A stretch of 64,000 bases of DNA from contig NC_134026.1 of the NCBI RefSeq assembly GCF_964204645.1, forward strand, positions 20,866,150 through 20,930,149, read 5' to 3'. The notes beneath the pieces were generated by a model. It had not been told where the DNA came from. It did no database searches and worked only from the letters and a program-made list of their open reading frames with translations. Shown here one piece after another: positions 36,855 to 47,600 of this stretch (the first letter of the stretch is position 1; every line of letters starts with the position of its first letter). This DNA comes from Tubulanus polymorphus (Eukaryota > Animalia > Nemertea). A program made the translations under genes and the position numbers.

Positions 36855-37107
36855 AGTTTTAGCGGGGGCGCCAAAACCGAATGTTCTTTGTTTTGGCGCG
36901 CCAAAACGAACTTTCAGAGAAAATTGGACGTTTTTCGTTGTTTTAGTGGGGGCGCCAAAACGAAAGTTCGTTTTGGCGGGGGTGCCAAAATGAAAGTTCG
37001 TTTTGGCGGCGGCGCCAAAACGGAATATTCTTTGTTTTGGCGCGCCAAAACGAACTTTCAGAGAAAATTGAACGTTTTTTTTTTTCGTTTTGTCGTTCTG
37101 GCGCCCT
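36855..37107. repeat. Palindromic tandem repeat (GGCGCCAAAAC / TTTTGGCGCGCCAAAA units), probably internal to a DNA transposon
   Basis: About 8 copies of ggcgccaaaac or gttttggcg, with an about 85-bp block duplicated roughly 155 bp apart. Confidence 0.75.
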
Positions 37108-37777
37108 CACTTACATACCAGGAATTTTACACTATGGCCCTTATCAGCCACCATACTTTTCTAGTATATAGCTTTTATTTTCGCCGTTTGGTGACAATTT
37201 TTTGATTGGTAGTTCTATTTCCATGTAATTATCGTCGGAATACGGAGAAACGGAATATGGTGATTTTTACCATGACAAATTGACAATCAATGGCGAAAAA
37301 AGCTAATTTTCGGATTGGAAAAAGTAAACGATTATTTTAAAGCTACCCATACTTATTTTATATCATCGATTCGCAAATTTTTCAAATAAAATGATGGTAA
37401 CGACAAAAGTTTGATTTTACTAATGATATTTTAATAATAACCGTTAGAAGATGTTACTGCTTCAAAAATGCAGTTCTAACGATAATTATTTGAACTCGCG
37501 CGCGCGCGTAGTTACGGCTGCCTTCGAAAGTTCGTAATCGGTCTTCGGGGCATAGTTTTAGTCTTGTTCTGTGCCTGGGTGTTTCTAAAAGCACTACCGG
37601 TACCGGCTAATACGGATACATATGCGCCCCAGAAAACTGACGCGGTTGAATAAGAGGCCCCCTAATTTTCATGGGTGCATAGGTATTCGGTCTTCGTTTT
37701 AGTCATGCATAGTTTTAGTCACACCCACTGTCTGAGTGTGTGTTGAGAGTGTGTGTATTCTCACATATAACGCAATC

Positions 37778-37952
37778 ATTGAATTCTTCATTACAGAATA
37801 CAATTCATTTGTGAGATTTATCGTTAAACAGCGAATAGAAAATCAATTCTTAAAAATCTAACATAATTTATTCAGATTTTGTGAAGGTTTTTTATTGTAT
37901 AAGATATAAATGTAACAAGATTGAACATCGATGTTCGTTGTACAAGAATTCA
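37778..37952. repeat. Diverged direct repeat, copy 1 (copy 2 at 39633-39803), flanking the GPCR
   Basis: Both copies share tacaattcatt.gtgagatt, aaaatcaattct.a.aaatctaaca.aattta.tca.att and ttcgttgtacaagaattca. Confidence 0.8.
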
Positions 37953-38129
37953 TTGTTAATGGTGATCAAATAGTAAAGTATGTGAAAATGCGCAAACTGT
38001 GTTTATGTCGAGGCAACATTTCATACACATTCACAATACAGTCTGCTCTTGGTTCAGATTTGACTCTAGACCCATTTTGATTCTAGACTGACAGTAGAAC
38101 ACTTGCATCTAGAAAAAAAAATGTTTTGA

Positions 38130-38280
38130 ATATCCGGTGACACTCAGCTCGTTTTAACCCTAACGCTAGTTGCCTCATAACCCTATCTGAGCTTCATCTC
38201 TGACCCCGCCGGGAGGCTTGAACCTGGGTCTCTCGCTTGTCAGCCTTGTGTCTAACTAGGCCTACTAGACCACTGGCGAC
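38130..38280 (-). mobile_element. tRNA-derived SINE
   Basis: Minus strand: cgccagTGGTCTAGTaggcc (A box) ... ccaGGTTCAAGCCtcccggcgggg (B box), followed by a non-tRNA body. Confidence 0.55.
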
Positions 38281-38521
38281 TGACTCGGTATATAAGTAAT
38301 CCGGACAATGTGGTGACTGATGACCAGCTGTGATGACCAGTCAGGTGTGGTCCGCTATCATTCTATGATTACAGCAGTGAAGTGTCTTTCCGGGAATTTT
38401 AAAAGGCAGTTCTTACGATTATCAATTCCTGAGTTGGGCCAATTTCCCACAAAGATGTCTTATTATCTTATCATAGGGAAACACAAAATTGTATGAAGTG
38501 AATCCAACATGAAATCAATGG

Positions 38522-39472
38522 TTATTTGACTGAATTTCTACAGCGGATTTTCATACAGAAATATTCACGAATTTCTCGACCCAGTAAAAGATATATGTAA
38601 AAATTTATCACATAGTTACACATTTGAAACTGTGCAAAAATGTCATATAGAACATATTTTAATTCTCCAGAGATTGGTATAAAAGTAGTAATACCATTTG
38701 GAAGTGTAAATATCGCAAATGCGAATGAAACTGTTACAAGCATTATTGTTGTACGTTTTGATTTTGTAGTTTTCTGATCAGACGAGGCAATTTTTGCACC
38801 TCTGAATAACTGAACTATTATAACCGAATTCGATGTTATAATCAGAGTTAACGGTGTAATATACGCGTGGATAACTATTATGGTAAAACGCATTATTTGG
38901 TCAAATAATCTTAAGTAACATCCAGACAGAGGATCCGGATAATGTGTCGACACTGAAGGTATAAGAGCGAGAACCAGTGCATTCACGGCAGAAATTATCA
39001 ATATCGTAAATCTAGCGAATCTCGGTGTACATATCAAACGAGATGTGAATGGAAAGATCACAACTGCCGCACGTTCTAGAGATATTGCTACTATTGCCCA
39101 CGAACTATTGAAGATTGCAAGTGCGGTCACAAATTCGTAGATTTGACAACTGATCAGTGAATTCATGATGATAATTGGACCACCTTTCACGTAGAAGAGA
39201 ACAAACTGTAAAACAGGCATCAATGTATAACTAATGCTAAAAATGGAATCACAGAGAGATAATATGATAAGATAGTTAGCGTAAGACAAACTACGGAATC
39301 TGCGACTGATCATTATCAGGAGAGTTGCTGAATTCCCGAAGACTCCTAACACGAACAAGGTTGGCAAAATGACCAGTAACATAGTACGGTAGATACCGAA
39401 CTTGTTAACAACAGACATGATGATCATGTTACTAGGATAAGCACGACCAATTTCAATCTCAGTTGAATTCAT
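38522..39472 (-). CDS. Single-exon class A (rhodopsin-like) orphan GPCR, FMRFamide-receptor/GPR139-like expansion type
   Basis: 316 aa with seven hydrophobic segments: GVFGN in TM1, LSLCD in TM2, SSWAIVAISLERAAVVIFPF in TM3, FAIFTLP in TM6, NYVINFYIY in TM7. N-terminal NST sequon. Confidence 0.9.
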   Translation of the reverse strand: MNSTEIEIGRAYPSNMIIMSVVNKFGIYRTMLLVILPTLFVLGVFGNSATLLIMISRRFRSLSYANYLIILSLCDSIFSISYTLMPVLQFVLFYVKGGPIIIMNSLISCQIYEFVTALAIFNSSWAIVAISLERAAVVIFPFTSRLICTPRFARFTILIISAVNALVLALIPSVSTHYPDPLSGCYLRLFDQIMRFTIIVIHAYITPLTLIITSNSVIIVQLFRGAKIASSDQKTTKSKRTTIMLVTVSFAFAIFTLPNGITTFIPISGELKYVLYDIFAQFQMCNYVINFYIYLLLGREIREYFCMKIRCRNSVK

Positions 39473-39632
39473 GATTCAACAGAATCTAATAAGAATGTAT
39501 ACTAACCGTCTGAAAGTGTACTGAATATCCCAGGGTGTAATGACTGAGAGTGTACTGACTGTTTGAGAGTGTTCTCGAACTGACCGTGTCTTCTTGCGTA
39601 GGAAATTGATTCATCGTGTTAATCAATGTGCC

Positions 39633-39803
39633 AATGAAATTCTTTTTTACAGCTACAATTCATTCGTGAGATTATTGTTCGCATCAGATGAAAAATCAAT
39701 TCTCAGAAATCTAACACAATTTACTCAAATTTATGAAAGTTTATTATTGCGTTAATAAAAATGTTACTAAATCAAATGTCAATATTCGTTGTACAAGAAT
39801 TCA
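39633..39803. repeat. Diverged direct repeat, copy 2, 160-330 bp upstream of the GPCR ATG
   Basis: Aligns by eye with 37778-37952. Confidence 0.8.
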
Positions 39804-40244
39804 GGAGTTCTCAATACTGTAACTTTTTTACGAAAGAGAAATTTTCTATTTTGCATTCAAAAGCCAAAACTTGAACCGAAACTTTTTAGCGAATTTATTT
39901 GGTCAAATGAGATTTAATGTAATATAGTGTGTACTATAGGAAAACTTACATCATCTCAAATTTATGGAATTCTATTATTAAAAAATCTCCATCAAATCAC
40001 ACCGATAGGGCAAACCAAAATTACTGAAATGTTAAATGCTGATCTAAACTGGCGGGAAATTTGGAATGAAGTTTATAATAAACATATTGATAGACGATTT
40101 AGTGATATTCAATACTCTTGCAACAGCTTCAAAACTAGTACTTTGGAAAATAAAAACTGATCCAAATTGTAAAATTTGTGGACGCGCGGCAACGAATGAC
40201 CATGTAGTATGCTCATGCACAGAGAAGCACAGCAATTATATTCA

Positions 40245-42320
40245 TTTAAGTTAAGTTAAGTTAAGTTTATTTTACTCCACAATTATACAATTGCACAGAG
40301 CACAAAATTAATTTACAATAGACATTGCAACATTTAACATTAGAAATGTATTAAACATTTGCGTATATACAACGCCAATTTTTTAAGAGTTTGGCAATTT
40401 GAGTTAAACAAATCATACAACTTTACGTTATTGGGGAATCTCCAATAACGCTCCGGGATATATCTAGCTCTGGATTCCTGGAAGTACGGGCAGACGAGTA
40501 AAAAGTGATATTCATCCCCCACCGCCACTAAATCACACTTTTGGCACAGCCTATTGGCACGGGCAATTCCACGCCACCGCCCAACTTCCACCGGTAGCCT
40601 GTGAGCTGAGCATCTAAATCTACATAAAGTTAACCGGTCCCTAGGGGTTAATTCAGTTAGATACTTTTCCATTTCGAAACGGCATTTGATTGTTAAATAC
40701 GTAACAGCCATAGTGGAATCAGTAAGTTTTGCATGCCAGACTTGCATAAACTGATCCTGCAATCTCTGTTTAAGAATCAGACTCAAGTAATTCACGTTTG
40801 GAATATTTTGATTTTCCCAAATATATCCGAGCCCATTGCGGAGCAAAATGTTCTTCACAGAATCCATCCAAGAGTTAGCTTGACCATCAATATAGCTATT
40901 ATAAACACAACTGTAAACCTTTGACGATAATTTATCATCAGTTATTAATTTTGCCCAAAAATTTACAATTCTAAGCTGTACGTAAACTTCGAGAGGAAAA
41001 CGACCCAGTTCTCCATAGACAAATGAGCTATTAGTAGATTTCTTTAACTTGAGTAAATATTTAAAAAATTTCAGCTGCACGCACTCAAGAACTCGGAGAT
41101 TTTCGTAACCCCAAATTTCACAACCAAATAATAGAATTGGTAATACCATGCTATCATATAACTTTAAACTAACATCAACGTCGAGTGAATATTCGCTAAC
41201 CTTTTTTAAAACAGAGAACATAGCCCGCTGTGCTTGGTTTGCTAACGCTTTTCGGCACTGAGCAAAAGACCCGGTATGGGAGAATAGTATACCCAAATAC
41301 TTATAGTTATATACTAACTCCAACACTCGACCGTTTATATTAAACTCCGGAGGGTTTCGGAGTCTTCGTTTCGAGAATATCATTACTTTTGTTTTTTCGC
41401 AATTTATTTGTAACTTCCAATCTTTGCAATAAACATGCAGGTTGTCAATCAATTTCTGAAGACCCTGTGGACTCTCGCTCATAAGTACTGTATCGTCTGC
41501 GTACATAAGGATCATCAATTTGACCCATGCATCATTACGCATGCGCAGATTTAGGGAGGGACAATTTTGAGCATCTAAATAGCCTTCCAGATCATTTAAA
41601 AATATTGAAAAGAGCACAGGGGACAAATTTTCTCCCTGTCTGACACCCATAAAACTTTCAAAGGCATCTGTTTTACTATCATTAGAAAATACACATGACT
41701 TGATGCCCTGGTACATGCTACATATTACATTTAGAACTTTGCCCGTAACACCACTATTGATCATCTTATGCCACAGAGCCTTTCTCCATATGCTATCAAA
41801 GGCACGTTTGTAATCTACAAAAATGCAGTAAAGCTTGCGATTACTATTCAAAAACATATCCACAAGTGACTTAAGGGAGTATATATGGTCCAGAATGCCG
41901 TGTTTTTGTCTGAAACCTGCTTGATTTTCCAGTAGTATATTGTTCGTCTCTAGGTAATTAGTTAGCCGGTTGTTGATGACACTAGTAAAAAGTTTGCCTA
42001 CATTGCTCAACAAAGTCACGCCCCTATAGTTACTTGGGTCATCAGCACTACCCTTTTGTTTGAAAATAGGTATAATCATTCCGTTTAACCATGATTCGGG
42101 GATATTACCTGTATCAAGGACATTGTTAAAAAGACACATAAGTGTTGGTAGTAAACTCTCCTCGGCCGATTTTAAGAACTCGTTAGGGATTTTGTCCGTA
42201 CCACATGCCTTAAAGTTTTTTAATTTATTTATACTCTTTAATATTTCATCCCCGTTAATAGGTTGATTTAAAGGGGTTTGGTCATAGTTATTGCCGTTAA
42301 AGTCTTCGACGTTATGAAGC
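40245..42320 (-). mobile_element. 5'-truncated non-LTR retrotransposon, RTE-X-like clade
   Basis: RT ORF, short 3'UTR, then AATAAA directly followed by a (CTTAA)n tail at 40245-40271. The endonuclease domain is absent. Confidence 0.85.
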
Positions 42321-42342
42321 CGTTATTTATACAACCAATCTT
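40340..42342 (-). CDS. LINE ORF2 reverse transcriptase plus C-terminal CCHC finger (partial, uninterrupted)
   Basis: KACGTDKIPNEFLK, PIFKQKG..DPSNYRGVTLL, QAGFR, FVDYKRAFDS, GVRQGENLSP, YADD, YKYLG, CQKC...DEYHFLLVC. The frame stays open upstream of the tracked ATG to about 42342. Confidence 0.9.
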
Positions 42343-43145
42343 TCAACGCATACTAGACACACCTATAAATATCACTCAAGACATCGTCTACACTGAAATT
42401 ACTCAAACAATAGAATGAGATTTCTTCAAACGCTACGCACACTCGCGAACTACCTTTTGTTTCTCGCACAATCCATTTTGTACAAAAATCACTACAATCT
42501 AGAACAAGGCTCTGGCCGCATCAACACTATAATTTATTTCAAAAACTCGCTAATAGATCGCCTAAACCAAGAAATCATGCTTCAACAAAACCTTCATATT
42601 TGGACTCTTAACAATGTACTTATACACGTGGACGCAAGCGGACTGAACGTAGTAAACAGAATCACAATCGACACCAATAGCGTAGTCTATTAATTAAACC
42701 CAACGCCTTTTTTTATTACTTACACCTACATATCCCGACTTTGACACTTGAGGTATGTTCTGATTTAGATCGAACAGGGATGACGGTCTGTCAATACGCA
42801 TAGAACTGTCTGACCACTTTTGCTCTATATCATCACATACGCATTAGTTTACTGTTTCTGATGTTTTGACTGTAAACTCAGTCTCATTGCCACGATAGCT
42901 GGAACGCTGCCTCCGTTTGTGGCCTAAGGATAGCAAGCTCAGTCTATCTACGCGCAATGGTGACTGGAAAGTTGCCTCTTGACATCAGTCTCATTAAAAA
43001 CTACCAAAAATATAATCGTGACAATGTAAATAAAACCCGATCAAGACTGTTTAAATGTAAGTGTACAAACATGTATTAAACATTCTCGTGTTTGTGCCGC
43101 TTTCTTACTGAGGGTCTATCAATGCGCATAGCACTGTCAGTTTGA

Positions 43146-43500
43146 TTGCGATACATTCACGGACCTATGCACTGTATATTAGAAACACAAAACTGCTCCC
43201 AGTGTAAAACTTTTACTTTTAGGCAAATTCAGCACCAGATGTGGAGTACCAACTGCGCACCCCTTGACGGAGAACCCATCCTCATCGGAGCTGCACCATC
43301 GATGTCATACAACTACACTTCGGATACCCAGGGCCATACTCTCATCTGGAGAATTTGCGTTTCGAAATGTGCTTTCTTCCTATCTAGTCAACACGCGGGA
43401 TCATCAACTTAGAGGACTTCTACATCAACATCTACCCGAGAAAAAAACCACAATAAACTATCGGACTATTAACACGTAGAAAACGACCAAAAAAATATAA
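43146..43500 (+). mobile_element. Possible second degraded L1/Tx1 3' remnant
   Basis: Fragments LDGEPILIG and GHTLIWR resemble Tx1 C-termini, with an A-rich end. Weak. Confidence 0.25.
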
Positions 43501-44377
43501 AAATGGACAAAATGATCTTCAACCTTGTAATATAGCTATTTCCAGAATCTCATTGTATTAAATTAGGCAGCCAGAAAAATTCATCCCAATCAGTCGCTTG
43601 CCGGTTCAGACTGAATGGAAGATTGTTTGGATGAACCGGAACCGAATTTCCAATTATGTACTTCGATTTAAGAATATTCTGTTAACTCGACCGCCGATCA
43701 TACATCTATATCTGTACTTCGATTTCCGATTTCAAAATCAAACCCCCTGTTTCGCTCCCGGCAGGTGTGGTGGGTGTGTAAGGGACACTCAATCGAAAAA
43801 TCAAACAAAATTTACCAACCAAATAAATAGATAATGGGGACAATCCCTAGATTTTAAGATCAAAAAGAACAATAAATTCAGTTGAAATGTACCAAACTAG
43901 TTTTATCATTACCCATTTGTGGAGTTATAAGTTAAGCAGATTGAAATACTTAGTGATTAATTTAAGCTCATAATTTGTGGGAAAAGTCATAATACATTTG
44001 GCAAACTAACTCATTACCTCACTCGTTTTCATATGCCCTGCGGTTACGGCTTTCTTCATCGAGTCGATTTTTAAAGCTAATTATTAATGGAACAGTAACT
44101 CCTTTTTCCGTTAAGCTGATCTTTTTGTTAACCACGGTCTGAGAAAAAGTTACTGAACAGCTCTTTCCTACATCTTTTTTTAGCAAGTTTTTGAGAGTGG
44201 CCTCTCTAGTCTTGTCTAGTTCGCCTGTCTCGCCTTTAAAATTGTGTCATGTTTATTAAGAGCGACGGGTGGCGGCGCGCTGAAAAAAAATGAATAATTC
44301 AGTGAATTAGATAAAAAATAAAAACGCAACTATCACAATCTTCATGATGATAATGAGTTTTTTTACATGTTCAAACG

Positions 44378-44421
44378 TTTCGATCGATTTCGACTCATCT
44401 CTTCGAGTCCTTTTCAAGAAA
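44378..44421 (-). ncRNA. Minimal hammerhead-like motif (variant core UUGAAAA)
   Basis: Minus strand: TTTC-TTGAAAA-G-GACTC-gaagagat-GAGTC-GAAA-TCGA-TC-GAAA. Stems I and II are intact, and helix III is palindromic. Confidence 0.5.
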
Positions 44422-44632
44422 TGACATGAAAAGATACTGATGCATGTTACAACGTAATTACAGAGAATATCATGCAGAATTGTCTAGATTTTGGTTGCAC
44501 GGCAAAGCTGCACCTAAATTTGGAGGGATGGCTGATGGATGACATAAATAATTCAGCACATTTAATTGTTTTTTTTAATCATTTTTATTATACATTTGAA
44601 CGCCCACAGATTTCCGCCAAGCTAAACATATT

Positions 44633-44688
44633 GATCACATGACCACAATATGGCGACACAAGCGATCACATGACAAAAACATGGCGGA
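44633..44688 (+). promoter_or_regulatory. Tandem M-box/CLEAR-like E-boxes and YY1-like motifs at the SLC49A3 start
   Basis: GATCACATGAC at 44633 and 44664; AATATGGCG at about 44647; AACATGGCGG overlapping the ATG. Confidence 0.5.
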
Positions 44689-47600
44689 TGCTACTGAGTC
44701 GCCTGCAGAAAGTTCAGGGTTATTAAATTACAGAAGAACCTATCACAAAATCGCCGAACAATCAGACTATCAGATTTATAAAAGGAGATGGTACATTCTC
44801 GCCACATTATGTATGCTCAATCTTTCCAATGCGATGGTATGTCGTTTTTTTGACAGATAGAAGAGAATTTTAAAAAATCGAAAAAAAAATCCTTCCTCGC
44901 ACCGTCGCAGTTCTAGTGTCGTACTGTAGGGCCTCCACTAAATAAAAAGGATTAGCGCTGGCTAGCAGGCTTAATGCCCCTCAATGGAATACCACGCAGT
45001 GCACATGCCATGGCAACTTTATCAGCCCCGGTAAAAACAATGCATCTTGGTGGCCGCTTAAGCGGCAATCTATCTTTAGAACCAAATGTTGTAATAGACC
45101 AATGAAGGGTTTGTGGCCAGGGTTTGTGTTGGCGTGAGCTTCGGTGATGAAACGATCCGTCAAACCCCTGTAACTCAAAGGAAAATATATGTAACTAAGT
45201 GTAGAGAGAATCCCACAATTATAACAAAAAGTCCGAAAATGTTACTTCGAGATAGTAGTTTATTTCAACGTTTCGACTATATCCTAATAGTCATCTATGT
45301 GTAACTTAATGTAACAATACCCTGTTACATGGATGTAACAGTTTGTACCCTGTGAAACCCTTGCAACTCAAAGGGAAATATCTGTAACTCTATAACATCG
45401 GTGTAACAGGCTATTTAAAAAATTGTTTTTCAGCTGTGGATATCATTTTCACCGATAGCTGATGTTACGGCTGAATTTTATCATGTTGATTCCATGTCGG
45501 TCAACTGGTTATCTCTTGTCTATCTGATTGCTTGTATTCCGTTTGGAGTCGTCGCTTCATGGCTCATTGATTCGGTTGGGCTTCGAGCGAGCGTAAGTAG
45601 TCATTTTTTGATCTAACATTGACTTTATCTGGGGGGGGGCCAGATTTTCGGAGTTACATGCCATGGTAAAAAAATGCTGATTTGTATGTGTCTGTCATTC
45701 ACAGTTACTGAGTAAATTTAACTTACTTCTGGCCCATGTTGAATCGATTTGACTGAGGACATTCTTTCATCAGAAATGATTATTGGATTAAAAAAATACA
45801 AAATCTAATGAAACTCAATTCAAAAATTGATGAATACTGCCAAACATGTACTTAAGGACAGGCCTATTGACAGAGTAGCATGATTTATTCTATAAACGTC
45901 CATAACAGAAAAAGATTGCAAGGGATTTTAAGTACCATCAGTTATAAGTGATGTATATTTTCCTCTGGGGCTGGTTTAAGGTAAGTTACAATACCTCCGG
46001 TAGGTAAACTGAATTCTGAATTGGTCAAAGCTTCCATTTTAACCAGATATATAGCACTACATTTAATTGCAGAATTTGAACATTGTTCAAAATGACTCTA
46101 CTATTCCCATGTCTGTGCTGAATTCCATTTTAACTCGAAAACTTCTTTTTCAAAACCATTTGGTTCGAATTCAAGTATTATAATCTCTTGTCATATACGT
46201 AATAATCATAGCTCACTTCAGCATTTTATTTTAGCCTTCACTGAAGCTGTGATGCTATTTTTCTATTTCTTCATCTCAGTTTTATTTGATTCACAGCTAT
46301 TGACCGGCGCGGTATTCAACATAACTGGATGCGTTATACGACTTATCAGCGGAATGGCTTTCGTCTCAAATCACGCTTTTCTGTTCGCTATGATCGGGCA
46401 GTGTTTATGCGCAGTGGCGCAACCTTTCATATTGTTCGCACCGACGAAAATGGCAGCAACGTGGTTTCCGGACAATCAACGAGCAACGGCTAACACAATG
46501 GCGTCCATCTGTAAGTTCTCTTAGAAATCCTCAGTTATCGTTACATGTACATTTGTACTGGTAATCTTATCAATGATGTGGCATTATATGAATTAAAAAG
46601 GCGGACCTGACTATATCTACTATTTGGGAATACTTAATACTAAGGGCTCAATTCTAAAATCATCAAAATATGGTTGAAATCAGAATAATTTCTAGTTCAT
46701 TTTCCATTTAACTACTATTTTTGAGTTCAAATTGTGGTGAAAAGTACTACATATGGAGACACCAAAAAGGCAGAAACTCCATTGTTAAATCCTGGTTTAG
46801 TGCAATGAAGTTCTTGCAGTTCTAGGTCATTTGAGTAATCTACTCAAGTTGGTGAATTCTCCAAATTTTTCAATTTGCCCAACAATGCACTGAGCATAAT
46901 GTTGTGACATCCTCCAATATCCAACAACAGTTCCAAGATCGATCAAACATTTGTGTCAATATTTTGAATACCAGTAACTGTGGATATACAATCTTATCGG
47001 TTGATTCCGATTGCTCAATACCGTATATGTTAGTTTAGGTCTTTGTTCAACTAGTCAAAAAACTGCCATGCATGCAGACCCGGTTAACTTTACGACCCAT
47101 AGATTATGAGTCAGTTATGAGATTTTCCATCTGCAGGCTTGTAAGGCATTGTGAGAACCATTTTGGGACCAAATCAATGATTTTATAACAAAGTCCTCTG
47201 ATGGATGAAAATCAAAAACATACTAGTACTTCTGTTACCTACGGGTTCTTATATCATTTCAGCTAATCCTGTTGGTATTCTGATTGCGAATATAGTATCA
47301 CCTGTTATCGTAACATCAGTGAAAAATGTTCCGTTAATGGTAAGTGAATGTGAAAGATATACGTAGTACATGTTTAGGCAGAGTCAGAGGTTAAAGCCAT
47401 TACTCTCATGAATCACTGGTTCCATAGGCCTATCCCGGTAGCAGCGGAGATTGGTCAATATTGTTGTATGCTGTCAATACAGATATCTCAAGCCTTAATG
47501 ATAGGGCCATGATAGTTGTTCATGAGTTGAGGAATTTAATGAAGTGACCAAAAATAGGTCATTTTATATCTTCTCAAGCCTATCAAACAACATGTCAGTA

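Larger units (their letters stand above)
39830..42700 (+). mobile_element. Degraded L1/Tx1-like LINE 3' fragment (zf-RVT region), split by an RTE-X insertion
   Basis: Left part: KLTSSQIYGILL...LNWREIWNEVY...SDIQY, a frameshift, then TLATASKLVLWKIKTDPNCKICG...DHVVCSC. Right part, from about 42325: LFIQPIFQRILDTPINITQDIVY...LANYLLFLAQSILYK. Confidence 0.6.

Noticed and set aside
36855-37107. CRISPR-like repeat array / 128-aa repetitive ORF
   Set aside because: Eukaryotic context, no cas genes, and the spacers are themselves repeated; the ORF is just the translated repeat.
38205-38280. tRNA gene
   Set aside because: D and anticodon arms are disrupted and a non-tRNA body follows; better explained as a SINE.
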